Positions 26,143-35,992 of a stretch of DNA of 37,860 bases are shown one piece after another. The notes beneath the pieces were generated by a model, which ran no database searches, was not told where the DNA came from, and saw nothing but the letters and a program-made list of their open reading frames with translations. Origin of the DNA: an uncultured bacterium (GTDB lineage Bacteria; Hydrogenedentota; Hydrogenedentia; Hydrogenedentales; JAEUWI01); assembly GCA_963977445.1 (NCBI GenBank), contig CAXBPH010000033.1:1-37860 (forward strand), in the 5' to 3' direction. Position numbers and translations under genes: made by a program. Each line of letters begins with the position of its first letter. Within the stretch, counting starts at the first letter, position 1.

Positions 26143-29142
26143 TCAGAGGGTTTTGGCTACACTTTCGATACGGTAGGTCTCAATAATATCGCCAATCTGA
26201 ATATCGTCGTAGCGTTCCAGCTTCAGACCACATTCAAAACCAGTCGAAACAGATTTGACCTCATCCTTATCGCGTCGCACCGTTGCAATCTTACCGGTGT
26301 AGACCACCACATCATCCCGAATCAACCGGGCCAGCGCGCCACGTTCAGTTTCACCGTCCTGCTGAATAGAACCGGCGATGTTACCCACCTTGGAAGACCG
26401 GAAGACCTGACGAATCTCGGCATGGCCAATAAGCACTTCCTTGGAATCGGGTGTCAACATACCTTCGAGGGCCAGGTGAACCTGGTCGATGGCTTCGTAG
26501 ATAATCAGATAGGTCCGTATATCGACGCCTTCTTCTTCCGCCATTGCTTTCACTTTTGTGGAAGCCGTAACGTGGAAGCCAATAATGACGGCGTTACTCG
26601 CACCCGCCAATAGCACGTCGGATTCGTTCACGCCACCTACACCAGAGTGTACGACGTTGATGGAAACTTCTTCATTACCAAGTTTGCCAAAACTGGAGAC
26701 CAGGACGTCAGCAGAACCCTGCGTATCGGCCTTGAGAATTACATTCAAGGTCTTCTGTTCAACACCTTCCATTAAGGCGTGGAAGTCTTCCAGGGTCATG
26801 TGTTTCGAGGCACCGGCACCACGCTTCTGGCGTTTCAACGCGCTACGTTTATCGGCAATGGTACGAGCGACGCGTTCTTCTTCAAGTACGTAGAACTGAT
26901 CGCCCGCTTCTGCCACCGCACTGAATCCGGTAACCAGTACCGGTGTCGATGGATCGGCCTCTTTGACCTGACGACCTTTGGAGTTGGTCATGGTCCGCAC
27001 CCGGCCATACGTTTCGCCGGAGAGGAATACATCGCCAACACGCAAGGTGCCGTTCTGCACCAAGACCCACGCAACGGGGCCGTGCCCCTTGGAAAGCTCT
27101 GCTTCCACAATGGTACCGCGGCCTTTTTTGTTTGGATTGGCTCTTAATTCGAGCATTTCGGACTCGAGGGCAAGCAATTCCATCAACTCATCGATGCCTT
27201 CACCGGAGTGAGCCGACACGTTCTTTATAACCGTGTCACCACCCCACTGCTCGTCCTGCAGGCCATAGTTGGCGAGCTCGGCACGAACACGATCGGGTTG
27301 GGCTTCGGGCTTATCGCATTTGTTGATAGCAACTACTATGCGCACTTCGGCGGCTTTGGCGTGATCAATGGCCTCAATGGTCTGAGGCTTGACACCGTCA
27401 TCGGCGGCAACCACAAGTACCACGACGTCAGTGACTTTGGCACCCCGTGAGCGCATCTGAGTGAACGCTTCGTGACCGGGCGTATCGAGGAACACGATTC
27501 GTCCGCCCGAAAGCTCTACATCGTAGGCGGCGATATGCTGGGTAATACCACCCGCTTCGCCGTCGGCAACATTGGCCTTGCGGACCACGTCAAGTAGCGA
27601 CGTCTTACCATGGTCAACGTGACCCATGATGGTAACAACCGGGGCGCGCAACACGAGATCCGCTGGATCGTCGGGCTCTTCGGCCAACACGGCGTCTTCT
27701 TCTGGAATAATGGACTGTACTTCAAAGTCTCGCTTCGCTGCGACACGACGAATAACGTCGATATCAAGACTCTGATTCTTGGTGACCATCATGTTGTCGT
27801 CCATGAGCTCAAGAATAAGGTCGGTCACGGAAACGGACATGGCTTCAGCAAGCTGTTCAACCGTCATGGAATCGTCCACTTCGATAGTACCGCCTGTTAT
27901 CTCCTCAACAATGGCCTCCACTTCAGTCTTGCTCTTCTTACGACGCTTCTTCGCGCCCATAGAACCTGCACCCGACTGAAATTCGCGCACCGCAGCGGCG
28001 GCATCACGACGAAGGTGACTCTCGATTACCCGAGCACGTTCAGCCCGTTTCGGCTTCTTGCGAACGACCTTGCCACCGGCCGCGACCGGTTTGCGTGGGG
28101 CATTACGAAACTGTTGCTCGCGCTTGCTCTCTTCTTCAATACTCGCGGCCGTACGTGGACGGGCCGGTGCGGCACCTGAGCCAGCGGGGCCACCACGGGC
28201 GCCACCTGGACCACCTCGGGCGGGCGCATTGCCACCTGGGCGCAGGCCCTGGCGTTTCTCGCGATCTCTACGAATAACTGCAGCAACCACGTCGGGATCG
28301 GGCGTGGGCAAGGGGCGTACCGGTGCCTTGGCACGGTCCTTTTCTTCCTTGTCCTGCAGGATCTCAGCCCGGGCGAGGCTGGTCTCATGGGCCGGCGTTT
28401 CGGAAGTGCGACGACCTCTATCGGATTCTGTAGTTTCCATATTGGGATCCACAGGTGGGAGAATTTCAGCAACAGGAGCCGCTGTGCTCTCTGCCGCAAC
28501 AGCGACAGGTTCAGCATCGGGCGTCTTGATGGACTCTACAGCCTTCTCTTCAGCAGCAGGCGTCTCGACAACCGCCACTTTAACAGCAGGCGCTTCCACG
28601 GCAGGCGTTTCAACGACTGCAGCTTCCACGGCAGGCGCTTCGACGACTGCAGCTTCCACGGCAGGCGCTTCGACGACCGCAGCTTTTTCTACCACCGGGT
28701 CTGGCTCGACTGCGGCGACTTCTTTTTCAGGTGCCACCTCAACAACAGGGGCAACCTCTGATTCTACTTCACCCGGCGCTTCTACTGAAGGGGGCTCTTC
28801 AACTGCGATCACGGCAACTTCCAACGTCTCAGCCTCATCCGTATTGGACGGAGCTTCGTCGGAATCGTTCGATTCTTTCGCAGCAGCAGCTTTCTTGCTG
28901 GGCGCCTTTTTCTTGGCGGCCTTCTGCAGGCGCTTTCGCTTTGCTTCGTCTTTCTTTTCTTTTTCTTGGAGGAACCCATCCAGGGAAGATGGATCTTCAT
29001 CAACATCTATGAGCATATCGCACTGGTCATCGTCAATATCGGTCTCGACGCCCTCAATATCGAAACCCAGTTGCCGCAGTGTTTCTACTGCTTCAACTGC
29101 ACTCATATCAAGACGTTTTGCCAAGCTGGCAACTGTCTGCAT
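26143..29142 (-). CDS. infB: Translation initiation factor IF-2
   Basis: [44 protein letters not shown]; long low-complexity N-terminal region. Confidence 0.98.
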   Translation of the reverse strand: MQTVASLAKRLDMSAVEAVETLRQLGFDIEGVETDIDDDQCDMLIDVDEDPSSLDGFLQEKEKKDEAKRKRLQKAAKKKAPSKKAAAAKESNDSDEAPSNTDEAETLEVAVIAVEEPPSVEAPGEVESEVAPVVEVAPEKEVAAVEPDPVVEKAAVVEAPAVEAAVVEAPAVEAAVVETPAVEAPAVKVAVVETPAAEEKAVESIKTPDAEPVAVAAESTAAPVAEILPPVDPNMETTESDRGRRTSETPAHETSLARAEILQDKEEKDRAKAPVRPLPTPDPDVVAAVIRRDREKRQGLRPGGNAPARGGPGGARGGPAGSGAAPARPRTAASIEEESKREQQFRNAPRKPVAAGGKVVRKKPKRAERARVIESHLRRDAAAAVREFQSGAGSMGAKKRRKKSKTEVEAIVEEITGGTIEVDDSMTVEQLAEAMSVSVTDLILELMDDNMMVTKNQSLDIDVIRRVAAKRDFEVQSIIPEEDAVLAEEPDDPADLVLRAPVVTIMGHVDHGKTSLLDVVRKANVADGEAGGITQHIAAYDVELSGGRIVFLDTPGHEAFTQMRSRGAKVTDVVVLVVAADDGVKPQTIEAIDHAKAAEVRIVVAINKCDKPEAQPDRVRAELANYGLQDEQWGGDTVIKNVSAHSGEGIDELMELLALESEMLELRANPNKKGRGTIVEAELSKGHGPVAWVLVQNGTLRVGDVFLSGETYGRVRTMTNSKGRQVKEADPSTPVLVTGFSAVAEAGDQFYVLEEERVARTIADKRSALKRQKRGAGASKHMTLEDFHALMEGVEQKTLNVILKADTQGSADVLVSSFGKLGNEEVSINVVHSGVGGVNESDVLLAGASNAVIIGFHVTASTKVKAMAEEEGVDIRTYLIIYEAIDQVHLALEGMLTPDSKEVLIGHAEIRQVFRSSKVGNIAGSIQQDGETERGALARLIRDDVVVYTGKIATVRRDKDEVKSVSTGFECGLKLERYDDIQIGDIIETYRIESVAKTL
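28556..28685. repeat. In-frame 30-bp tandem repeat inside infB ([10 protein letters not shown] units)
   Basis: Three near-identical copies at 28592-28621, 28622-28651 and 28652-28681, plus degenerate units from 28556. Confidence 0.9.
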
Positions 29143-29244
29143 GGTCTAAATTCCTCCAAAATATCTTTATCATATTGCGATGACGTCAACGCGTAATGAC
29201 GAAGCATCTGATTTGAAAACTGCATAGAAACATTGTGTCAAAGA

Positions 29245-30477
29245 CTACTTCGGCACAGCATCCCCTGCGGCATCATCGCTTTCAGCGGAGTCTTCGCCTT
29301 CAACGGCATCATCGCTTTCAACGGAGTCTGTCACACCGTCTTCAGCAGGAACTTCCGCACGTTCAACGGAGTCTGTCACACCGTCTTCAGCAGGAGCTTC
29401 CGCGCTTTCACCTGTATCTTCAAACAAGGCATCGTCTTCATCTTCTTCTTGTCCAACTTCGCCTTGAATATCTATGTTCCACCCGATAAGCTTTGACGCC
29501 AAGCGAGCATTCTGTCCGCGCTTACCAATGGCAAGGGACAATTGATCCTGGGGAACTATGACCCGGATATTGCCTTGTTCCTCGTCCATCTGAATTTGCA
29601 GTATGTCCGCAGGATTGAGTGCATTGGCACACAACTCGGTCGCCTGCTCGCTCCAGCGCACGATATCTATCTTCTCACCCGACAACTCCTCCACCACCGA
29701 GCGGACCCGGGCACCCTTCATTCCGACACAGGCGCCAACGGGATCTACGTTTACGTCGTTGGACTTTACGGCCACTTTGGTTCGGCTACCCGCTTCACGG
29801 GCAATGGCCTTAATCTCTATAGTCTCGTCGTACAACTCGGGCACTTCAAGCTCAAAAAGACTTCGGACCAGCTCGGGTGACGAGCGCGAAAGTATAACCT
29901 GCGCACCTTTGGGAGATTTTTCAACCTCAACCAGAATGGCCCGAATACGGTCGCCGGGACGATATGTCTCCCTGGGAGACTGCTCGCGGTAGGGAATCAG
30001 TGCTTCAGCCTTACCAATCGAAACTATAATATTACCATGACTGATACGCTTTACGCTGCCTGTAATTAACTCGCCTTCACGCTGCTTAAATTCGTCGAAT
30101 ATATTATCGCGTTCAGCGTCTTTAATCTTTTGTATGATTACCTGCTTGGCAGTCTGAGCCGCAATCCGCCCGAAATCCTGGGGGTGGGTCTGAATCTTCA
30201 AGCGGTTACCCACGACCACAGCCGAATTCAATTCGGCAGCCGCTTCGAGCGTTATCTCGGTGGACGTATCTTCGACCGTATCCATGACCGTGCGAATCTC
30301 AAAAACCTTGAACGCGAGTGTCTCGGGATCAACTTCTACCGTAATATTACTGGCATTGTCCGCTTCTTTTCGCGCAGCACTCTCTATAGCGCTACGAATA
30401 GCTTCGATGAGTGTCTCTCTATCGATGCTCTTATCTGCTTCTATTTGTTGTAATATTATACGTAAATTTGGATCCAA
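29245..30477 (-). CDS. nusA: Transcription termination/antitermination factor NusA
   Basis: DFGRIAAQTAKQVI.QKI, LF.LEVPE, AREAGSRTKVAV, DPVGACVGMKG.RV, LSLAIGKRGQNARLA.KL.GW.IDI. Confidence 0.98.
   Translation of the reverse strand: MDPNLRIILQQIEADKSIDRETLIEAIRSAIESAARKEADNASNITVEVDPETLAFKVFEIRTVMDTVEDTSTEITLEAAAELNSAVVVGNRLKIQTHPQDFGRIAAQTAKQVIIQKIKDAERDNIFDEFKQREGELITGSVKRISHGNIIVSIGKAEALIPYREQSPRETYRPGDRIRAILVEVEKSPKGAQVILSRSSPELVRSLFELEVPELYDETIEIKAIAREAGSRTKVAVKSNDVNVDPVGACVGMKGARVRSVVEELSGEKIDIVRWSEQATELCANALNPADILQIQMDEEQGNIRVIVPQDQLSLAIGKRGQNARLASKLIGWNIDIQGEVGQEEDEDDALFEDTGESAEAPAEDGVTDSVERAEVPAEDGVTDSVESDDAVEGEDSAESDDAAGDAVPK
29268..29403. repeat. Overlapping in-frame duplications (45-bp and 36-bp periods) in the nusA 3' end
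   Basis: TTCAACGGAGTCTGTCACACCGTCTTCAGCAGGA at 29317 and 29362; CGGCATCATCGCTTTCARCGGAGTCT at 29268 and 29304. Confidence 0.88.
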
Positions 30478-30498
30478 AGCACTCTCCTAGATCGGTCT

Positions 30499-30957
30499 CT
30501 AACGGTTTAGATTGGCACTACGAAGATTCTCTACGTGGATTTCGTAGAGAATGCCGTCGCAATCGACCTGTATGAGTCCGTCGCCAAAGCCGCGCAAAAC
30601 ACCCACAAATTTCTTCAACCCCTCGATTGGGGAATGGGTGATAATGGTAATCGATTCTCCCGCAAAACGCGCGAAATCTTCGGGCTTTCGTACGGGTCTG
30701 TCTATTCCTGGTGAAGAAACTTCCAGGATGTAATTACTGGATATGAAATCGTCCGCATCCAATAAGGGATTAAGCAATTGGGAAACAGTTGCGCAGTCCT
30801 GGTGAACGATTCCACCACCCTCTTTGTCTATATAGATGCGTAAAATACGCACACCGCTCTGGCCCGCAACCTCAACCTCTACAAGCTCATACCCTTGTTC
30901 GGTGATTTCCGGCTCGAATACCGACCAAAATCGTCGAACGAGTTCTTCTTTACTCAC
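30499..30957 (-). CDS. rimP: Ribosome maturation factor RimP
   Basis: GYELVEVE, LRIYIDK.GG....DC..VS, Y.LEVSSPGIDRP. GAGGT precedes the GTG start. Confidence 0.96.
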   Translation of the reverse strand: MSKEELVRRFWSVFEPEITEQGYELVEVEVAGQSGVRILRIYIDKEGGGIVHQDCATVSQLLNPLLDADDFISSNYILEVSSPGIDRPVRKPEDFARFAGESITIITHSPIEGLKKFVGVLRGFGDGLIQVDCDGILYEIHVENLRSANLNR

Positions 30958-30976
30958 ATTTTACCTCGAAAGTTAT

Positions 30977-31004
30977 AAAAAAAAGTGGGTCGAGACCCAC
31001 TTTT
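30977..31004 (-). promoter_or_regulatory. rimP leader hairpin / attenuator-like terminator
   Basis: Minus strand AAAAGTGGGTC-tc-GACCCACTTTTTTTT about 20 nt upstream of the rimP start. Matches the GUGGG...CCCAC + U-tract element commonly found ahead of rimP-nusA-infB. Confidence 0.75.
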
Positions 31005-31032
31005 CGGCGAAGTCATATTTTATGACGGCCTG

Positions 31033-31062
31033 ATTCTACCATAAACACACGGCACGGTGCAA
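31033..31062 (-). promoter_or_regulatory. Putative sigma70 promoter of the rimP-nusA-infB operon
   Basis: TTGCAC-18 bp-TAGAAT with a TGn extension, just upstream of the leader hairpin. Confidence 0.6.
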
Positions 31063-31145
31063 TGCGCAAATTGCGATTGCCGTGACAAGCTGCCAGGAAT
31101 CATAGCTTCGTGTCTTTAGATGATTTTCCTGCCATTCCCCGTGTT

Positions 31146-31838
31146 TCAGGCCCTTATCAGGGCCAGATTTCGATGCACCGTGCTATCGCCACGGTAGGAG
31201 AAGAAACCCGGTGAACATATGGTGCATTGCCTGCTTATTTCAATATTCTCATTTTTTACACCGGCGTCTTCAAGGGCACGCAGATTCGTGGACCAAAGAT
31301 CGAGATAGCGCCCCTGAACCACTACCCCCTCCCCCGCACAACGCGCTGCAATCTCTTCGGAAACCTCATAGCAACAGGGACCTGCTGACGGACCTATAGC
31401 TCCACGAAGGTCAACCGGGTTCACGCCGTATTCAGCAACCAAGCGCTCGATGCCCGCCGCAACTATTCCCATCGCCGTACCCTCTCTGCCGGCGTGTAGC
31501 GCCGCAACCGCCCGGGTCCTGGGGTCAAAGAGCAAGACAGGAACACAGTCCGCCACCGTAACCCCAATCGTCACGCCTTGGAGGGCCGTGATTAGGCCGT
31601 CACCCTCGAGGCGAGGGACCGTCGTGTCGAAGGCAGGCCACTCCCCATCTACCATAGCCACGTGGGTGCCATGAACCTGGTGCAGGGTTGCCAGACGCTG
31701 CGGGTCCATATTCAACCCCGCCAAGAAGGCGCCCCGTCCGGATGACTCATCAAACCCGTGACGACAATCACCATCGCTCTTGTCGGACATGGCGGCGACC
31801 GATACTCCTGCGGCACGCAACGACTCAAATGTGTACAT
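31146..31838 (-). CDS. pgeF: YfiH/PgeF family protein (laccase-domain purine nucleoside phosphorylase)
   Basis: QVHG, GDGLIT, VADCVPVLL, ALHAGREG, AIGPS.GPCCYEV, CTIC, FFSYR. Confidence 0.9.
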   Translation of the reverse strand: MYTFESLRAAGVSVAAMSDKSDGDCRHGFDESSGRGAFLAGLNMDPQRLATLHQVHGTHVAMVDGEWPAFDTTVPRLEGDGLITALQGVTIGVTVADCVPVLLFDPRTRAVAALHAGREGTAMGIVAAGIERLVAEYGVNPVDLRGAIGPSAGPCCYEVSEEIAARCAGEGVVVQGRYLDLWSTNLRALEDAGVKNENIEISRQCTICSPGFFSYRGDSTVHRNLALIRA

Positions 31839-31949
31839 AATCAGTCCTCAACGCAATTTAAGCACCTCGGTATCACAGGTATGCCGTTCGCTCCGAACTT
31901 TGCAGCCCGCCGACAACGAAACCGAAGGGTAGCACCATCACAACATGGT

Positions 31950-33341
31950 TTAGAGTATGTACTTCGAGAGATCCTGGTTTTCCACCTTATCGGAGAGGCG
32001 TTCATTGACCATAGCCACATCTACCGTAACGGAATCCCCGGAGCGCTCCGACGCGTCGAATGAGACATCTTCGAGCAAGTTCTCCAGCAACGTGTGGAGC
32101 CGGCGGGCACCAATATTCTCTGATTCTTCATTAACGCGCTGACAAAAGGCAGCAATCGCGTCGATAGCATCTTCCTCGAACTTGAGGGTCACCCCTTCGG
32201 TACTCATCATACTCACATACTGCTTGATGAGTGAATTCTCCGGCTCTCTCAAAATTCGGCTGAAGTCCGTTGCGCCGAGATTATCCAGTTGCACACGAAT
32301 GGGGAAACGGCCCTGTAACTCGGGGATCAAATCGGACACCTTGGCAACATGAAAAGCGCCCGCGGCGATAAACAGAATGTGATCGGTCCGCACGGGGCCA
32401 TACTTTGTCATGACAGTGCTGCCTTCCACGATAGGAAGAATGTCCCGCTGGACACCTTCACGCGAAACATCCGGCCCCTGACCATGACTGCCTCGTCCGG
32501 CAATCTTGTCGATCTCGTCGAGAAATACGATGCCTGAATTCTCGACACGGTGAATTGCGAGGGGGGTGACCGAGTCCATATCGATGAGTTCCTGGATAGC
32601 TTCCTGAAGAAGGATCTCCCGAGCTTCCGAAACCTTAACTTTGCGCACTTTGGATTTCTGGGGCATCATGCGCCCCATCATTTCCTGAAGGTTTACGCCC
32701 ATCTCTTCCATACCCGACGCGCCGAACACCTGCATCATCGAATTGCCGCCCGTATCCTTCACCTTAACTTCCACCTCACGATCATCGAGATCGCCGGCGC
32801 GAAGTTTGGCCAGGAGGATTTCGCGGGTGCGGACTTCGGGGGCGGGCTCATGACTGCGCGCAGGACCTTCATCGCCGCCTTCGGGATCGGCAGGCCGAAA
32901 TATCTTTTGTGGTCCAGAAGAAGGTTGCTTGGGAAGCAGGAGATCCAGGAGTTTCTCCTCCGCCCGTACGGTAGCTTCACCTTCTACTTCGCGCTGCATT
33001 TCCTCTTTGACAAGTTTAATGCCCACTTCGGTCAACTCGCGAATCATGGATTCGCAATCGCGTCCCACATAGCCCACTTCGGTAAATTTAGAGGCCTCTA
33101 CTTTTACAAAGGGCGCATCGGCGAGTTTGGAGAGGCGGCGGGCCACTTCGGTTTTGCCCACGCCCGTGGGGCCAATCATGATGATATTTTTCGGCGCAAT
33201 TTCATCCCGCAGTGATTCGGGGAGCTGTTGACGGCGCCACCGATTCCGCAGGGCGATTGCGACTTTTTTCTTGGCTTCGGTCTGGCCAACGATATGCCGA
33301 TCCAGGGCTTCTACTATCTCTTTTGGTGTCAATGCGCTCAT
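31950..33341 (-). CDS. hslU: ATP-dependent protease ATPase subunit HslU
   Basis: [61 protein letters not shown]-terminal DLSKYIL. Confidence 0.97.
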   Translation of the reverse strand: MSALTPKEIVEALDRHIVGQTEAKKKVAIALRNRWRRQQLPESLRDEIAPKNIIMIGPTGVGKTEVARRLSKLADAPFVKVEASKFTEVGYVGRDCESMIRELTEVGIKLVKEEMQREVEGEATVRAEEKLLDLLLPKQPSSGPQKIFRPADPEGGDEGPARSHEPAPEVRTREILLAKLRAGDLDDREVEVKVKDTGGNSMMQVFGASGMEEMGVNLQEMMGRMMPQKSKVRKVKVSEAREILLQEAIQELIDMDSVTPLAIHRVENSGIVFLDEIDKIAGRGSHGQGPDVSREGVQRDILPIVEGSTVMTKYGPVRTDHILFIAAGAFHVAKVSDLIPELQGRFPIRVQLDNLGATDFSRILREPENSLIKQYVSMMSTEGVTLKFEEDAIDAIAAFCQRVNEESENIGARRLHTLLENLLEDVSFDASERSGDSVTVDVAMVNERLSDKVENQDLSKYIL

Positions 33342-33418
33342 GGCATGATTCTCCATAGTGACGCGTGCGCACACCATGGTGGGTACGCGACGGGATAAGA
33401 ATGTAATGTGGGAATTGC

Positions 33419-33892
33419 TCAGGAGAGGGTAGGACTATCCTGTCCAAGATGATCCATCTTGTCAATACGCCGGACATGGCGTTCACCGCCACTGAACTCG
33501 GTATTGAGAAAAATGTCTATCAGGTGCTTACACTCTTCGAGGGTCGAAATGCGTCGACCAATGCAGAGAATATTGGCATTATTGTGGTTTCGCGCGAGAC
33601 GGACCATCTCTTCGGTGACGCATGCCGCCGCCCGAATTCCTTTGTGACGATTGGCAGCGATACTGATTCCCATACCGGTGCCACAGAGCAATACGCCCAA
33701 ATCGGCAGACTTATCGAGAACAGCATGGGCCACTTTTTCGGCAAAATCCGGGTAGTCGACTGAGCCCTTCCCATAGGTGCCCACGTGCGCTACCTGGTGT
33801 CCCAGGGATTGGAGATAGCTCACCAGAGCCGGTGCATAATAAGGCTCTGGATCTTCGTAGCCGGCGTGGTCACATCCGAAGGCAATGTTCAT
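33419..33892 (-). CDS. rpiB: Ribose-5-phosphate isomerase B
   Basis: [50 protein letters not shown]. Confidence 0.94.
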   Translation of the reverse strand: MNIAFGCDHAGYEDPEPYYAPALVSYLQSLGHQVAHVGTYGKGSVDYPDFAEKVAHAVLDKSADLGVLLCGTGMGISIAANRHKGIRAAACVTEEMVRLARNHNNANILCIGRRISTLEECKHLIDIFLNTEFSGGERHVRRIDKMDHLGQDSPTLS

Positions 33893-33998
33893 GGGGAGAG
33901 GTTCCAATGGTTGTCTTTGTTTCGACTTAAGGTATTGTATGGATTTTGCTATTGACGGAACAAGTGCGGGAGGATATTCGGGTCTGAAAAGACGGGTT

Positions 33999-34595
33999 TC
34001 AGTGGCCGGCCAGCTGATCGCGTCCTATAGCACCTTCGCGCAGGATTGCTCCCGATACCCCGTCCACGATAGTTGACGGCGCAGAAGCGGGCAGACGCCC
34101 CCCATCCAGTCCCAGGGCGACACCAGGCAGGTGGAGGTCCGCCAGATCGAGTACGGCTTCCTCCCCACTGGCGTTGGCCGAGGTGGACGTAAGAGGACCA
34201 CCGAAGGCACTGCAGAGCTGACGGGCAATTGCCGAGCCGGGGCACCGAACGCAAATGCGGTCCAAGCCCGGCGCAATGGCCTCCGGAAGCTTCGGGTGTT
34301 TGGGCAACAAGATAGACAACGGGCCGGGCCAAAAGGATTCCATCATGGCTTTAGCACGGGTTGGGATGTGGGTTGTCACCCCATCCAACTGATCCAGCGA
34401 ATCTACGATTAGGAGAATCGCCTTCTCTCGGGCGCGCCCCTTGGCGGCAAATAACCGCTCTAGCGCGTCTACGTTGAAGGGATCTACCCCCAAGCCATAG
34501 ACGGTCTCCGTCGGATACGCGACTATCTCACCCTGGCGCAGCAGCTGAACGGCCCGATCCAGCGAGGAAGGAAGGGCGGCGTCAATCCGTTCCAT
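33999..34595 (-). CDS. tsaC: L-threonylcarbamoyladenylate synthase (YrdC/TsaC type)
   Basis: AYPTETVYGLG, K.R, FWPGPL, TSTSANASG, PSTIVD, LREGAI. Confidence 0.93.
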   Translation of the reverse strand: MERIDAALPSSLDRAVQLLRQGEIVAYPTETVYGLGVDPFNVDALERLFAAKGRAREKAILLIVDSLDQLDGVTTHIPTRAKAMMESFWPGPLSILLPKHPKLPEAIAPGLDRICVRCPGSAIARQLCSAFGGPLTSTSANASGEEAVLDLADLHLPGVALGLDGGRLPASAPSTIVDGVSGAILREGAIGRDQLAGH

Positions 34596-35190
34596 GTATC
34601 GATTCCAATAACGCACGAAGTGCGGTAAACGCCCTGCCTCGGTGGCTAATGGCGTGTTTTTCTCCCGGAGTCATTTCGGCAAAAGTTCGCTCTTCACCGG
34701 ATGGCACAAAGAGCGGATCGTAGCCGAAGCCCCGGGCACCCGACGGCTCCACGGCGATGTGACCCGCTACCGTTCCGTGCATTACCTGACACGCGGTGGC
34801 ACCCCGGGGCGCAAAGGCGGCACAACAGGCGAAATGGGCACCCCGTTCGTGCCAGGGCGTATCGGACAATGCCTGGAGCAACTTTTCATTGTTGTCGCCA
34901 TAGGAGCAATCTTCACCGGCATAGCGGGCGGAATAGACGCCTGGAGCACCATCCAACGCATCCACACAGAGACCGGAATCGTCTGCGACACAGGCAACAT
35001 CAAAATGGGCTCCGTAATACAGGGCCTTTTTGCAGGCGTTGGCCTCGAAGGTATCGCCATCTTCTTCCGGCTCTTCAACATCCGGAAAATCTTTCAGACA
35101 CCGTACGTCCCAGGGAAGGCCGTCGAGCAGGGTGGCCAGTTCCGCAGCCTTATCGCGATTCCCCGTACCGAGCAGCAGGATTTCAGCCAT
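34582..35190 (-). CDS. rdgB: Non-canonical purine NTP pyrophosphatase (RdgB/HAM1)
   Basis: [52 protein letters not shown]. Confidence 0.95.
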   Translation of the reverse strand: MAEILLLGTGNRDKAAELATLLDGLPWDVRCLKDFPDVEEPEEDGDTFEANACKKALYYGAHFDVACVADDSGLCVDALDGAPGVYSARYAGEDCSYGDNNEKLLQALSDTPWHERGAHFACCAAFAPRGATACQVMHGTVAGHIAVEPSGARGFGYDPLFVPSGEERTFAEMTPGEKHAISHRGRAFTALRALLESIHGTD

Positions 35191-35893
35191 GAGACAAGGC
35201 CTCCGCCTGCGCCTTGATGATTGACCGGATTCCAGCTTCCCCATGGGCCAGCATTTCGTCCATTTGAGCACGGCTGAAGGATTGTCCTTCGGCGCACCCC
35301 TGGATTTCGATGAAGTTTCCCCCACCGTCCATTACAATATTCATATCGACTTCAGCGACCACATCTTCCTCGTAACAAAGATCCAGCAGCGTTTCGTCAC
35401 CCACGACACCGACACTTACGGCGGCACAAGGCCCGGTGAGGGGACTCTCGGTCAAGGTGCCTGTCTTAATCAAGTGACTGATGGCGTCATGAAGTGCAAC
35501 GTAGGCCCCTGAAATGGCGGCGGTACGGGTTCCCCCGTCAGCCTGTAATACGTCGCAATCCAGGGTTATCATTTGTTCTCCCAAGCGCTCCAGATCGACA
35601 ACCGCACGAAGCGAGCGACCAATAAGTCGGCTGATCTCGAGGGCTCTTCCTTTTCCATTCGATTCCCGACGGATCCGCTCGTGGGTCGACCCGGGCAGCA
35701 TGGCGTATTCGGCAGTGACCCACCCTTTGCCACTATCACGAAGCCACGGAGGTACGCGCGCTTCCAGACTGGCAGTGCAGAGAACTTTCGTATCCCCAAA
35801 GGCGACGAGGACAGAACCTGCCGCATGGCGTGTGAAATTTCGTTGGAACGATACGGGGCGTAACGCGTCCTGAACGCGACCATCGGTACGCAT
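35183..35893 (-). CDS. rph: Ribonuclease PH
   Basis: [64 protein letters not shown]. Confidence 0.97.
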   Translation of the reverse strand: MRTDGRVQDALRPVSFQRNFTRHAAGSVLVAFGDTKVLCTASLEARVPPWLRDSGKGWVTAEYAMLPGSTHERIRRESNGKGRALEISRLIGRSLRAVVDLERLGEQMITLDCDVLQADGGTRTAAISGAYVALHDAISHLIKTGTLTESPLTGPCAAVSVGVVGDETLLDLCYEEDVVAEVDMNIVMDGGGNFIEIQGCAEGQSFSRAQMDEMLAHGEAGIRSIIKAQAEALSHG

Positions 35894-35914
35894 AATTTCT
35901 CCCAGCTTGTTATA

Positions 35915-35952
35915 TTGAAGTAAAGAAGCGCTGCCGCATTGGGCGACAGCGC
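35915..35952 (-). terminator. Possible terminator hairpin between ctpA and rph
   Basis: Minus strand GCGCTGTCGC-ccaat-GCGGCAGCGC (one G-U pair) followed by TTCTTTACTT. Confidence 0.45.
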
Positions 35953-35992
35953 CTTGAATTTCGAATTGTCAGTTACCCGGGAAGTCTTCTTC

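Noticed and set aside
28058..29149. 363-aa plus-strand ORF rich in S/T/A/G
   Set aside because: Antisense shadow of the low-complexity infB N-terminus; no independent coding signal.
28556..29403. Tandem repeats as a possible CRISPR array
   Set aside because: They are in-frame coding repeats with no unique spacers, and there are no cas genes.
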